Shown: positions 9,798 to 19,790, numbered from the stretch's first letter. The stretch: 64,000 bases of DNA from Candidatus Sungiibacteriota bacterium (GCA_016186145.1 JACPMF010000002.1:18473-82472); one strand, 5' to 3'. Notes: generated by a model not told the origin, from the sequence alone. Numbers and translations: made by a program.

Positions 9798-10898
9798 GTG
9801 GCAAAACTGAAAATTCTCGTTGTTTCCAAAGACATGGGCGCATCGGAAATGAGCATGCCGCTTGCAGAACTTGCCGCAGATAATGGTCACGAGGTATCTC
9901 TTGTAATCGAAGGGCTTGCCGCAGAGAACTATGACAGGTTGAACGCGTGGCGAGCAGAGAAGGACGAAGCCTTCCTACCGGTTCTTTTCCGCGGCACCGT
10001 TGATTTTCGAGATTTCCCATTCACGCTTGACGCCGAAACGCTTGTCAAAAAAGTAAATCCGGACATCGTGATTGTTACCATGAGTTCTCCGATCAACCTT
10101 GAAGACCAGATCGGCAAAGCGGCAAACACGTTTGGCATTCCAGTTGTCGCGCTCAACGATTTCTGGGGCGGGCTCACACGGGCAAAAACCGCGAAGGCCG
10201 ATCTCATGCTCGGAATCGACGAAACCGATCTGGCCGCAGCACACCGTCATTTCAGTCACAACTACATATCCGCTGTTGTCGGCAACCACGCAGTCAGCAA
10301 AGCCCGTAGGATCAAGCCCTCACCTGAAATTCTATACAAAATGCTCGATCTTAAGCACCGCTTCGAAACAATCATCCTTTTTGCCGGAGGGGGTCCGGAA
10401 TACACCGGCGCGGAGATCAAACTCCTTGTAGGATGCCTGCAAAAAACACCCGGCTCCTGGGTTGTTATCAAGCGGTATCACGGCAAACATGCAAACCGAA
10501 CCGCGCCAAACGTCAACACAACATGGCGCGAAGTATGGGATTCACAATTTGCTCCGCTCGGAGACCGCATCATTGAACTTCCAACACCGGAAGGTGACGC
10601 GGTTGCAACCCTCTCTGACTGCACCGTTTCGGGATTCTCCACCATGATGACTACTGCGGTTGCCTCGTATAAAAGAGCAATCGCACTAGTGACCCCGGAA
10701 ACAAGAAAATCACTTAAAGCGCAGACAACCCTTGGCCGCTATCCTCTTGCCATGACCGGCCTTGTGCCGGAAATCGTAGTGCCGACAAACCTCGCTCCAT
10801 TCCTTCTCGAAATGCCTGACAAAAAAACCGTAGACTATTGGCTCAAGCCATATGATCCAGCACTTGCTCTGCGTGAAATCGAAAAACTTTTCGGCTAA
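9798..10898 (+). CDS. GT-B fold (MurG/PseG-like) protein of unknown specificity
   Basis: GTG start at 9798 preceded by AAGGAG (9784-9789). N-terminal Rossmann-like KILVVSKD...GHEV and a second alpha/beta half (ILFAGGGPEY). Sits between neuA and neuC. Confidence 0.35.
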   Translation: MAKLKILVVSKDMGASEMSMPLAELAADNGHEVSLVIEGLAAENYDRLNAWRAEKDEAFLPVLFRGTVDFRDFPFTLDAETLVKKVNPDIVIVTMSSPINLEDQIGKAANTFGIPVVALNDFWGGLTRAKTAKADLMLGIDETDLAAAHRHFSHNYISAVVGNHAVSKARRIKPSPEILYKMLDLKHRFETIILFAGGGPEYTGAEIKLLVGCLQKTPGSWVVIKRYHGKHANRTAPNVNTTWREVWDSQFAPLGDRIIELPTPEGDAVATLSDCTVSGFSTMMTTAVASYKRAIALVTPETRKSLKAQTTLGRYPLAMTGLVPEIVVPTNLAPFLLEMPDKKTVDYWLKPYDPALALREIEKLFG

Positions 10899-10909
10899 CC
10901 CAAAAAAGT

Positions 10910-10940
10910 GCCGACCGCAACCACGGTCGGCTTTAAATTT
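10910..10940. terminator. Bidirectional intrinsic terminator between convergent genes
   Basis: gccgaccg-caacca-cggtcggc perfect 8-bp stem. Flanked by an A-run (10901-10908) and tttaaattt (10932-10940). Confidence 0.6.
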
Positions 10941-10949
10941 CAAGCATGC

Positions 10950-12164
10950 CTAGGCGGAATCGAAAAATCTTTTTTGCGTATAAAGCGGCGCGGTCTTCAG
11001 CACATGCCGAATCATTTTTGATGTTTGGGGCTTGTGGTACATAAACGACTGCTGATACGGACCATGGATAATCTGTTTGTCGATGGCTTGTTTTATCTCT
11101 CCCGCGTCATAACCGGCATCCGTAACATTTTCCCCGCGGCTTCTTCCTTGTTGGCGGCTTCCGACATTCACCACCGGTACGCCGAAATAAGAAGCCTCCT
11201 TGATTCCTGCCGAAGAATTGCCGATCAAGCATTTCGCATATTTAAGCAAAGCAATGAAATCACGCGGGTCTATATCTATAACAAAACGGACATTCGGAAC
11301 CGAATATTCTTCACGGAAACGCCTGATCCCCCGGGATATTTCATCCGTGCCTGCGTCCGGATTCGGCCAAAACCACAACGCCTGAACACCGGCCTCCCTC
11401 ACGGCCCGCAGGGTTTTTAAAATGTTTTCAAGATTGTTGCGCTCGCTTGTTACCGGATGCTGTATGACAAGCACATACGGTTTTGAGAAGTCAATCGCTC
11501 CGCCGACACCTTCCCGATTTATCATTTCAGCGTTAATTCTTCGATCGACGTAAGCCGCAAACTCAATATCCGGAGAACCAACATTAAAAACATAAGCCGG
11601 ATTTTCTCCCATCTGCAAAACGCGACGATAAGCATCTTCGTTAGTGACGAAATGAATGTGTGAAAGTTTGGTTATGGCGTGCCTAACGCTTTCGTCAATG
11701 GTTCCCGTAACATCTCCTCCTTCAATATGCGCCACCGTCTTATCGAGGTATGCCGCGGTCATAGCTGCCGCCAGCTGTTCAAACCGGTCGCCCCGAATAA
11801 GCACAATGTCCGGATTCAATTTCTGAAACGTGTTGGCAAGCTCCAATACCGCAAGGCCCGCGGTCTTTGCCATCGCCGCGTGGTTTCCGCCCTCAATAAG
11901 ATTAAGCATCTTCTCATGGACAACAAACCCCTTGGCGCCAAGCCGCGGCAAAACGTCGCTGTATTTATCAAGAAGAGCCGAGCCGCCAACAACAAGCTGC
12001 AATTCTATTTCCGGATCGCCCTTCAACTGGTCAAGCAATAATTGCTGACGCGCATAGTGAATGCGATTGGTTATGACAAAACAAATTTTCCGCCTTTTTC
12101 GTTCAGGCAGTAAACCGGTTTTCTTGGCAATTATTTTTATTTTTGACTTAGCAGCAGATAACAT
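10950..12164 (-). CDS. neuC: UDP-N-acetylglucosamine 2-epimerase (hydrolysing), NeuC-like
   Basis: Epimerase_2 family motifs: GDRFE...AAA, HIEGGDVTG. Sits in an operon with neuB and neuA. Confidence 0.7.
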   Translation of the reverse strand: MLSAAKSKIKIIAKKTGLLPERKRRKICFVITNRIHYARQQLLLDQLKGDPEIELQLVVGGSALLDKYSDVLPRLGAKGFVVHEKMLNLIEGGNHAAMAKTAGLAVLELANTFQKLNPDIVLIRGDRFEQLAAAMTAAYLDKTVAHIEGGDVTGTIDESVRHAITKLSHIHFVTNEDAYRRVLQMGENPAYVFNVGSPDIEFAAYVDRRINAEMINREGVGGAIDFSKPYVLVIQHPVTSERNNLENILKTLRAVREAGVQALWFWPNPDAGTDEISRGIRRFREEYSVPNVRFVIDIDPRDFIALLKYAKCLIGNSSAGIKEASYFGVPVVNVGSRQQGRSRGENVTDAGYDAGEIKQAIDKQIIHGPYQQSFMYHKPQTSKMIRHVLKTAPLYTQKRFFDSA

Positions 12165-12231
12165 TGTTGAAAGAAATTGAGAAATTAAGCAATGTACTAC
12201 TACTTTCTTAATTTCTTAATTTCTATTTTCT

Positions 12232-13338
12232 TCACGTAATGACTTCCCATGTGATTGGCTCGTATTTTTTTATTAATCGCCTCGCTTTTTTCCCAAGCAC
12301 ATTCTCATATTCTTCAGACGGCAGCCCTCCGGCATAGGCCTGCGGACGCATGGCGTAAAGCATATCAGCAACAACCATTGCTCCGGCAGAAATATCCTGG
12401 CCCGCCACAAGCGATTTTCGAAAGTATGGCCTAAAAACAGCCTCGTCCTCCTGTAAAACCTTCCCGCCGGAACCCATGCCGGCTTTTACAATCTCTTTTC
12501 CGAGATATTCGTTTTTCTTCTCCGGACTGCGTTCTAATTCGCGTATACCAGAAACAAGAGACCGCAATTCATCCGGCGTCATAGAAACCTTATGGTCCGC
12601 CCCCCACAGGTCGCGGGAAAATGAAAAGTGCTTTTCTATCACTTTAGCGCCCAAGGCAACCGCCGCAAACGCGGAATCAACACCGACTGAATGGTCGGAA
12701 AAACCAACAGGAATATTATACCTCTTTTTCAAAAAATCTATGGTGCCCAGATTGAGATGCCCGGGCGGGCAAGGATATTTTGATACGCAATGAAGTAAAA
12801 CCACTTGAGCGTCTCTCTGTTTAAGAAAGTCGATTGTTTTATCGAGTTCTTCAATCGTAGACATTCCTGAAGAAATAATCACGGGCTTTTTTGTCGATGC
12901 GAGGTAATCAAGAATGACGAAATCAAGAAGGTCGCCGGATCCAACCTTCCAAAGCTCCACGCCAAGCTCATTCAATTTTTTAGCCGCCCCTCTCGACATT
13001 GGCGTTGAGTGAAAAATTATGCCGAGCTCATCACAGTAAACTTTGAGCGGCCGCCAAAATTCATTAAGCGGCGTGGCATTTGTGTTTCGCGTAACCCAAG
13101 AATACCGATCGGATCCTTTGAAATGCGGGGAAACGACTTCGATATCCAGCTGTTCGTCTTCAACGTTATGCGTTTGGAATTTTACTGCATCGGCTCCTGC
13201 GTCTTTTGCCGCCCTAACTAGAGCTTTTGCGTTTTCAAGATACTCTGAAACCGGCCGCTCTTCTTCGGTTTGAATAAAATTTTTGCCGATCTCGGCTACA
13301 ATAAAAGTGCCCTTGTGTATTAAATCCCCTACTTTCAT
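12232..13338 (-). CDS. neuB: N-acetylneuraminate (nonulosonic acid) synthase, NeuB family, with C-terminal SAF domain
   Basis: NeuB TIM-barrel region (AKALVRAAKDAGADAVKFQTH) and a C-terminal antifreeze-like SAF domain. Confidence 0.8.
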   Translation of the reverse strand: MKVGDLIHKGTFIVAEIGKNFIQTEEERPVSEYLENAKALVRAAKDAGADAVKFQTHNVEDEQLDIEVVSPHFKGSDRYSWVTRNTNATPLNEFWRPLKVYCDELGIIFHSTPMSRGAAKKLNELGVELWKVGSGDLLDFVILDYLASTKKPVIISSGMSTIEELDKTIDFLKQRDAQVVLLHCVSKYPCPPGHLNLGTIDFLKKRYNIPVGFSDHSVGVDSAFAAVALGAKVIEKHFSFSRDLWGADHKVSMTPDELRSLVSGIRELERSPEKKNEYLGKEIVKAGMGSGGKVLQEDEAVFRPYFRKSLVAGQDISAGAMVVADMLYAMRPQAYAGGLPSEEYENVLGKKARRLIKKYEPITWEVIT

Positions 13339-13604
13339 CCCGTTAGTGACAAGAAGCGCTTTAAGCGCTCTCGCGCATAACGCCTGCCTGGTCCTGATTT
13401 AATTTGTTTTTCTCTGGCATAGGCATCTTTGGGATGTCTGTATGCCTCGTAGTAAATTAACTCAAACGGAGCTCGACCTTTTGTCCATGAGTCGAATTCA
13501 CCAATATTGTGTTGCTTAAAGCGCTTCCGTAAATCTGAAGTACATCCAATATACCAATCTCCAGTCTTTTTACTCCTCAATATATACACATAATGAAATT
13601 TCAT
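13335..13604 (-). CDS. GIY-YIG nuclease family protein (YhbQ/UPF0213-like)
   Basis: MKFHYVYILRS...WYIGCTSDLRKRFKQHN matches the GIY-YIG motif. About 89 aa from ATG 13604. Confidence 0.8.
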   Translation of the reverse strand: MKFHYVYILRSKKTGDWYIGCTSDLRKRFKQHNIGEFDSWTKGRAPFELIYYEAYRHPKDAYAREKQIKSGPGRRYARERLKRFLSLTG

Positions 13605-13620
13605 ATCGTCACTAACGGGA
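13338..13620. mobile_element. TIR-bounded mini-element carrying a GIY-YIG nuclease gene
   Basis: 13-bp terminal inverted repeats: tcccgttagtgac (13338-13350) and gtcactaacggga (13608-13620). Both ends are flanked by TTCAT (ttcat|ccc...ggga|ttcat). Confidence 0.55.
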
Positions 13621-13697
13621 TTCATAAAATAAAAAACCGCACGATTACTGATATTTAGTACTCACGCGGCGAGATGCGAGTTTCCAAAGGAAAATCA

Positions 13698-14486
13698 TTA
13701 CCAAACGGTCCAGCCCCCGTCTACAACAAGATTTGCTCCGGTCATATAGCTTGAGGCATCCGAGGCCAAAAAAAGGATTGCACCGTTATATTCGTGCTTC
13801 TCGGCCATACGGCCAAGAATTGTCCGTTCTTCGTACTTCTTAACAAACTCCGCCGGCTGGCCGGCAAGTACTCCGCCGGGGGTCAGCGTATTGACGCGGA
13901 TACCCGTGCCGCGAAGATATGACGCCCAAGCACGAGTAAAATTCAACACGGCACCCTTAATAGTGGCATATCCAACGGATTTGAATTTTCCTGAATCATA
14001 AATGCGGTTATCCGGTCCAACATTCCCGTAAGTTGAAGAGATATTTATGATTGAACCGCTCCCCTGCTTTTTCATAATCGGGACAACCGCCTGCATCATG
14101 AATAACATCCCATTCAATCCTACCGCAATTTCTTTTTTCCATAACTCCTGCGGATAATCTTCATAGGGCGCGAATTGACTTTTTGATTCCGGACTGCCGG
14201 GCACCGGATTCATCGCCGCATTGTTTATTAAAACATCAATGCGCCCGTGTTCTTTTTCAATCTCGGCCACGGCAAAAAAAACCGCTTCGCGATCAGAAAT
14301 GTCGACTTTCACATAACGGATGTCCGGTGATTTCGGCAGTTTCGGACTATCAACTACATCGAAAAGCACGACGCGCGCGCCGCCGTCCGCGAAACAAGAA
14401 GCGTATTCCTTGCCAAGCATACCGGCCCCGCCGGTTATGATAATTATTTTATTTTTTATCGAGAAAAGTTCGATAACATTTTGCAT
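13698..14486 (-). CDS. SDR family short-chain dehydrogenase/reductase
   Basis: IIITGGAGMLGKE glycine-rich motif, NNAA, and a YxxxK catalytic region. Confidence 0.75.
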   Translation of the reverse strand: MQNVIELFSIKNKIIIITGGAGMLGKEYASCFADGGARVVLFDVVDSPKLPKSPDIRYVKVDISDREAVFFAVAEIEKEHGRIDVLINNAAMNPVPGSPESKSQFAPYEDYPQELWKKEIAVGLNGMLFMMQAVVPIMKKQGSGSIINISSTYGNVGPDNRIYDSGKFKSVGYATIKGAVLNFTRAWASYLRGTGIRVNTLTPGGVLAGQPAEFVKKYEERTILGRMAEKHEYNGAILFLASDASSYMTGANLVVDGGWTVW

Positions 14487-14487
14487 A

Positions 14488-15474
14488 TTAAGAAAGTTTT
14501 ATTTTTGCCATTTTTTTTGCAGCAAGCGCCATCTCCAACACCGCCCTGCCTGATTTTCCGTCGCTTTCAGGATTTACGCCGCGCCGGACACAATGTATAA
14601 AATCTTTCAACTCCGCTAAATACATGCGATTCCTCTCAAAACCCTCCGGTGCCCGAATAACACGAGCTTTCCCGTTTGCCTCTGTAATACGAAGCGTATT
14701 TTCATAATAATCCCATTCCATGCTGCCAGTCGACCCGATGATCACAAAACGCTTAAAAGCCGGCCGGCTCAAGTAATCAAGAGAGGACACAACCACAGGA
14801 CAGCGTTCTGCGGAAAAGACAAGAACTGCATTATCGTCCGTATTGATGCCGAGCGCGCCGCTATTTTGCACAATCGCAGAAGCCGCTTTTGCCGGTCCAA
14901 AAAACCAGTGGATAAGATCGAGGTCATGGCTCTGTGTAAGGACAACGCCTCCGCCAAGATCACTACGTCCGGCATACGCTTTACGGTGGTCTTCCCACGG
15001 ATGCCAGCCGGGCAGATACTCTCCGGTAGCAAAACGCGCCGAATGTAAACGGCCAAGCTTTCCGGAATCTAAAAGTTTTTTGGCTTTTTTCAAAAGCGGA
15101 TGATGCCGAAAATTATATCCGACATATACTATTCTTTTCCGGCGCGCCGCTTCACGAAGCAGCTCGCCTACCCCCGCGGATGTGTGTGAAATCGGTTTTT
15201 CTATAAAAACATGGGAACCGGCTTTAACGGCCCTGAACCCGGTTGAAACATGCAAACTCGTCGGATTACAAACAAAAACCGCATCTGGTTGCTCGGTGAA
15301 TGCCGCCTTAACATCAAAAAACACCCGCGGGTGATACTCCGCAAAGAATTGCCTCTGCGGTTGATCCATCCGGCGTCTTGAACGAACCACGGCAACATCC
15401 CGATAGCCGAGCGCCAATAAATTTTTATAGTGGCGCCGACCAATGGAGCCGGTGCCAACAATAAGAAATTTCAT
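14488..15474 (-). CDS. Gfo/Idh/MocA family oxidoreductase
   Basis: N-terminal MKFLIVGTGSIGRRH Rossmann fold; the size and layout are typical of this family. Confidence 0.7.
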   Translation of the reverse strand: MKFLIVGTGSIGRRHYKNLLALGYRDVAVVRSRRRMDQPQRQFFAEYHPRVFFDVKAAFTEQPDAVFVCNPTSLHVSTGFRAVKAGSHVFIEKPISHTSAGVGELLREAARRKRIVYVGYNFRHHPLLKKAKKLLDSGKLGRLHSARFATGEYLPGWHPWEDHRKAYAGRSDLGGGVVLTQSHDLDLIHWFFGPAKAASAIVQNSGALGINTDDNAVLVFSAERCPVVVSSLDYLSRPAFKRFVIIGSTGSMEWDYYENTLRITEANGKARVIRAPEGFERNRMYLAELKDFIHCVRRGVNPESDGKSGRAVLEMALAAKKMAKIKLS

Positions 15475-15697
15475 CCCGTTAGAGACCCGCCTGCCATCGC
15501 CTCCTTATGGAGAAAGTATGCAGGTCGGTATTTTAAACCAGCTAATGAATAAATCTTTATTAAATAAAAAGGCATAGGCGGGCAGGTAGGAAATGCCTTC
15601 GGCATTTCCGTATATTAATGCCTATTTACACAACTTTTTTGAACAATACTTTTGAACCCCGCATTGCCATTTTGAAACGCTCGGATCTCTAACGGGA
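15474..15697. mobile_element. Non-coding MITE-like element of the same TIR family
   Basis: Inverted repeats tcccgttagagac (15474-15486) and tctctaacggga (15686-15697). Same TTCAT flanks. Contains an internal perfect hairpin, ggaaatgcc-ttcg-gcatttcc. No ORF. Confidence 0.5.
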
Positions 15698-15698
15698 T

Positions 15699-16466
15699 TC
15701 ATAAGAGTTTAAGCTCACGCATAGCGCGTTCTGCCAATTTTAAATCCTTTGGCTCATCCAGGTCCGCATTCCGCAGGGGATCCGTAATCACACCGCGAAT
15801 ATCAGGACCATAAATTACTCCCTTTTTTATGAATTTCGCCCTCGTTGCGTCCACTAATCCGTTCTGCCAATAAACTTTGGGCAATAACTGGCGCGGAACG
15901 TCGGTGCCAAGCTTTGAATAGTGCGCGGTTTTAATCAACGGCTTCATTATGCCGGTTTCTTGCGCGGATATCGTCCACATCTTAAAAGGATTGAATGGAT
16001 TTGGCGCTGAAACCGTACGTACAGAATCACAGCCGGTCTTCAGCATAAGCGAAATAACACGATCAATGTCTTCCGCCGTCCGCAATGGAGCGGTAGGCCT
16101 TAAGTTAACAACAATATCCGGTTTCCAGCCGCGATGTTTTTCAATCCATGACACCGCGTGCTGAAAAAACTCAATATCCGGGGATTTGTCGCCGGCAAGA
16201 TTCTTGGGTCTCAAAAAGGGTACATCCGCGCCGAAACGGCGCGCAACACGAGCAATTTTCGGGTCATCCGTGGATACGATAAAAGCGCCAAGCAGGCGAG
16301 ACTTCTTTGCTTCGCGGATAGTATAATAAATCAGCGGCTTACCCGCCAAAAGCGCGATATTCTTCCACGGGATACTTTTAGAGCCGCCCCGAGCAGGAAT
16401 AATCCCTAAGATTTTGACCTCCTTTTTGCTGTTTACCATCACTTGATGATACTTCCTTAAATTCAA
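15699..16466 (-). CDS. Acylneuraminate cytidylyltransferase, second NeuA-family paralog
   Basis: KILGIIPARGGSKSIPWKNI motif. An alternative start at 16439 is possible. Confidence 0.75.
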   Translation of the reverse strand: MNLRKYHQVMVNSKKEVKILGIIPARGGSKSIPWKNIALLAGKPLIYYTIREAKKSRLLGAFIVSTDDPKIARVARRFGADVPFLRPKNLAGDKSPDIEFFQHAVSWIEKHRGWKPDIVVNLRPTAPLRTAEDIDRVISLMLKTGCDSVRTVSAPNPFNPFKMWTISAQETGIMKPLIKTAHYSKLGTDVPRQLLPKVYWQNGLVDATRAKFIKKGVIYGPDIRGVITDPLRNADLDEPKDLKLAERAMRELKLL

Positions 16467-16488
16467 ATATGTTTTTTTGAGGCCAGAA

Positions 16489-16632
16489 GCCCTAAACCCG
16501 AAACTCTAAACCCTAAATAAACCCAAATGACCAAATCGATGGTTCGCTCATCAAGATTATATTGTTTCTCTTTTTGGGTTTCGGTCATTGTAACTTGTTT
16601 AGGGTTTAGGACCTAGAGTTTAGGGTTTAGAA
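16489..16632. repeat. Long imperfect inverted repeat in the divergent neuA2/neuB2 intergenic region
   Basis: Left arm gccctaaacccgaaactctaaaccctaaataaacccaaa; right arm tttgggtttcgg...tttagggtttagg...agagtttagggtttag. Shared units: tttagggtttag, agagttt, tttgggttt. Confidence 0.5.
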
Positions 16633-16660
16633 ACATAAATAATATAAACCATACTAAATT

Positions 16661-17713
16661 ATGACGCGAACTATTTATATAGGTGAACGCCCGATAGGTG
16701 ATAATCATCCCTGTTTTATCATCGCCGAAGCGGGCGTGAATCATAACGGCGACCCGGAACTCGCAAAAAAACTCATTGCATCGGCGACAGAATGCGGAGC
16801 TGATGCCGTAAAATTCCAGAAACGAACCGTTGAGGATATTTTAATAAAAGCGGCCCTGGAAAAAACTTATGACAGCCCGACAGCTCTTGCGCCCACCTAC
16901 GGAGAGCACCGGAAAAAACTGGAACTTTCGAAAAACGCGTGGCAAGAATTGCGTGATTTTGCCAAAGAGAACAAAATAATTTTCTTTGCAAGCGCGTGGG
17001 ATCCAAAAAGCGCGGACTTTCTTGACGAACTCGGAACTCCGGTCTTCAAAACCGCATCAGCCGACCTTACCAATCTTCCACTCCTGGAACATATCGCCAA
17101 AAAAGGGAAACCTGTTATCATGTCAACCGGAATGAGCACTATCGAAGAAATTGACGAAGCGGTTGAAACGGTTCTTGCTAAAAATAAAAAAGTGATTTTG
17201 ATGCACTGCGTATCCGACTATCCCTGCTCCGAGGATAAGGTAAATTTAAAAATGATCGGCGTCTTGCGCGAACGCTACGGCCTGCCGGTAGGATATTCCG
17301 GACACGAAACCGGCGTTGCGATATCTGTTGCGGCGCGGGCGCTTGGCGCTGTCGCAATAGAAAAGCATTTCACCCTTGACCGAGCGACGATTGGTCCGGA
17401 TCACGCCGCCTCGCTCGAGCCGGAAGGACTACGCAGGGTCGTAAAATACATACGGGTTGCCGTTGACCCGGCAATGGGAGACGGGGTCAAAAAAATCACC
17501 GAGACCGAATTGAAACAAAGAGCAAAACTCGCCAAAAGTATCGCCGCAAGGGTTTCCATTCCAAAAGGCACGTTGATTTCCGCCGACATGCTTACCATCA
17601 AAGGCCCGGGCACCCACCTAAAACCTAAATATCTCAACGATCTAGTTGGCAAAACTGCTAAAGCCGATATTCTTGAAGACACGCTGGTTCCTATCGAAGC
17701 GCTTGAGTGGTAA
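16661..17713 (+). CDS. N-acetylneuraminate synthase family, second NeuB paralog with SAF domain
   Basis: CFIIAEAGVNHNGD, ADAVKFQKR, and a C-terminal SAF domain. Confidence 0.8.
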   Translation: MTRTIYIGERPIGDNHPCFIIAEAGVNHNGDPELAKKLIASATECGADAVKFQKRTVEDILIKAALEKTYDSPTALAPTYGEHRKKLELSKNAWQELRDFAKENKIIFFASAWDPKSADFLDELGTPVFKTASADLTNLPLLEHIAKKGKPVIMSTGMSTIEEIDEAVETVLAKNKKVILMHCVSDYPCSEDKVNLKMIGVLRERYGLPVGYSGHETGVAISVAARALGAVAIEKHFTLDRATIGPDHAASLEPEGLRRVVKYIRVAVDPAMGDGVKKITETELKQRAKLAKSIAARVSIPKGTLISADMLTIKGPGTHLKPKYLNDLVGKTAKADILEDTLVPIEALEW

Positions 17714-17725
17714 AGTTATGCAAAG

Positions 17726-17753
17726 AAAAAACCACCGCATCGCGGTGGTTTTT
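17726..17753. terminator. Bidirectional intrinsic terminator
   Basis: Perfect palindrome aaaaaaccaccgc-atc-gcggtggtttttt between convergent genes. Confidence 0.65.
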
Positions 17754-17769
17754 GATTCAAAGTTTAAAA

Positions 17770-18981
17770 CTATTGCAGCTGGTCTGCCCTGATATAACTT
17801 CCCGCCTTAACCGTGGTCGCTGTCGAATTAGAAGTAAACTGAGCCCATTGCAAAGTCACATCTCCGGCCGTGCTTCCTACCACGACTGTGCCCTTAACAT
17901 GGATTACTACAGGAGCGTTTGCCCGAAGCGGTATTACCTGACTTGCCGTTCCTGAACTATTAAGTAGTTCTCCTTGTGTAGTTAGATTATTAGGAGAGGC
18001 AGCGATATACCCCAAAGTCATAGTTGCGCCGGAAGGAACAGTAAATGCAATCTTAAGATCGGGGTTAGAACTTGCACTGCTCGCAAATACCACCGCATCG
18101 ACGGTGTATGTCTGGTTTGCAGCCAATGTCAGCTTAAGCTCGTCGTCATTCTGAAGCGTAGTGCTGGAAGTAACAGATTCGTCGCTTGATTTACGCGTTT
18201 GTAGTGATACAACGACCGAAAATGGAACGTCAGTAGAAAATACTGCGCTATTTTGATTGGTCAAAGTATTCCCGTTTGAAGTTGAATCACTCAAACTGTT
18301 GTTCAGCTTCCAGTACCCCTGAAGGCCGGACTCGTTCCCAACAAGCTCGGTATTATAGTTATCTGCAATCTGCGCCGCAGTACGGGCAACATTCCAAACC
18401 CTCACATCGTCCATCTTCCCATCGAGATAAGCACTGTCATCATAATCTGCGTTTATATTTCCAATGTACAGAAGAGAAGTACCATTGCAAATAGAAGTGT
18501 CCAATCCGCTTTGTTGGGACCCTTGCGGTACTCCATTGACATAAAAATCAGCAGTCCCACCCGAAGCGGTGTAGACAACAGCGACATGGTACCAAACGCC
18601 AATACTCGGATTCCAGCTTACAGTCCCTGCTGTCGCAGAATTTGAGCAATTACTATCGGCCTCAAATTTAAGTTGGTAAGTCGTTGTATTATTGTACAGA
18701 TTAAAACGCCACGATCTTTGATTGCCGGTCAAAGTCATCTTAGAAATAAACTGCATCGCACGGCCTTCCGGCGGCAATGACTCAAACTTGACCCATGTCT
18801 CAAGTGTTAAATTGCCCGTCACAGAAAGCGATGCGCTATCAGCGGCCGTCAAGTACTGGCTTGAACCGGACTCAAGGTCTATTGAGTACGTATTCCCTGC
18901 ATATGCAACGCCAAACGAACCAAACAAGGCCGTGGCAAGCAAAAGAAAAAGCGTACATACGACGAAGGATGTTCGCTTCAT
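17770..18981 (-). CDS. Secreted concanavalin-A-like lectin (LamG) domain protein
   Basis: N-terminal signal peptide (FVVCTLFLLLATALFGSFGVAYA). LamG-like segment: LTLETWVKF...WYHVAVVY...DDVRVWN. Ser/Thr-rich. Confidence 0.6.
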   Translation of the reverse strand: MKRTSFVVCTLFLLLATALFGSFGVAYAGNTYSIDLESGSSQYLTAADSASLSVTGNLTLETWVKFESLPPEGRAMQFISKMTLTGNQRSWRFNLYNNTTTYQLKFEADSNCSNSATAGTVSWNPSIGVWYHVAVVYTASGGTADFYVNGVPQGSQQSGLDTSICNGTSLLYIGNINADYDDSAYLDGKMDDVRVWNVARTAAQIADNYNTELVGNESGLQGYWKLNNSLSDSTSNGNTLTNQNSAVFSTDVPFSVVVSLQTRKSSDESVTSSTTLQNDDELKLTLAANQTYTVDAVVFASSASSNPDLKIAFTVPSGATMTLGYIAASPNNLTTQGELLNSSGTASQVIPLRANAPVVIHVKGTVVVGSTAGDVTLQWAQFTSNSTATTVKAGSYIRADQLQ

Positions 18982-19109
18982 GCTTTCTCCTTTCTTAATA
19001 TTTATTTTTTAAAGTGCCGTACAATTACACTACCAATTGCATTATCGACCAGCAAGACCCGGCTGTGGATAAATGCGACAGTGCGAATTAGCGTTTAAAA
19101 AAGACAAAC

Positions 19110-19790
19110 CTAAACCGAACATACAAGCAAACCCAAACTAAGATGGGCGGGGTTTAATGGAAATGGCTCAAATTTCAAAATATTAAACCCGGATTTTTGA
19201 ATTTCTTTGTATGAAGCACAAAAATAATCAACGTTCTGGAGGTGCATCCATTGAAAGATATTCTGGGCTTCGGCAAACTCTTCCAAAAAAATTGCGCCTT
19301 TTACGACAACTCGCCTTGCTTCTTGGAAAGCACGCGGATAATCGCGTGGGAGCTGTTCTATCGCTTGGCACGAAAAAGCCGCATCAAAAGAATTCTCAGA
19401 AAACGGTAAATTTAGCATATTGCCTTCGCAAAATTGAATATCGCTTTTCAAAAGACGTTCGCGAATAATATTTTCATCGAGTTCGGTTACATACCTAAGG
19501 CGCTTAAGAGGTGGATTCGAGAGGAAGAGATTTGCAACAGCCGCTCCTTGCGGCGTAAGGTCTACTCCTCGCCAAGTTTTTACTTCGGGATGCAACGCGG
19601 CCAGCGCCAAGATGTTAAAACCATTGCCGCTTCCCAGTTCTAAAACACTTCTTACTTCGTTTTGAAAGTCGAGCTCCCGAATAGACCGGCTCAAATACGC
19701 GATGCGCATCTTTCTGACATCGATTGCGCGGCATTGTACGGGACGGCCGTTTAACTCGCGCGCTGACGGCTTATCTAACCTTTCATCCAA
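19110..19790 (-). CDS. Class I SAM-dependent methyltransferase
   Basis: VLELGSGNGFN motif I. Confidence 0.65.
   Translation of the reverse strand: MDERLDKPSARELNGRPVQCRAIDVRKMRIAYLSRSIRELDFQNEVRSVLELGSGNGFNILALAALHPEVKTWRGVDLTPQGAAVANLFLSNPPLKRLRYVTELDENIIRERLLKSDIQFCEGNMLNLPFSENSFDAAFSCQAIEQLPRDYPRAFQEARRVVVKGAIFLEEFAEAQNIFQWMHLQNVDYFCASYKEIQKSGFNILKFEPFPLNPAHLSLGLLVCSV

Noticed and set aside
16489-16632. TTTAGGG units resembling plant telomeric repeats
   Set aside because: Only two or three units, embedded in an inverted repeat in a bacterial intergenic region. Treated as a coincidental motif, not telomeric.
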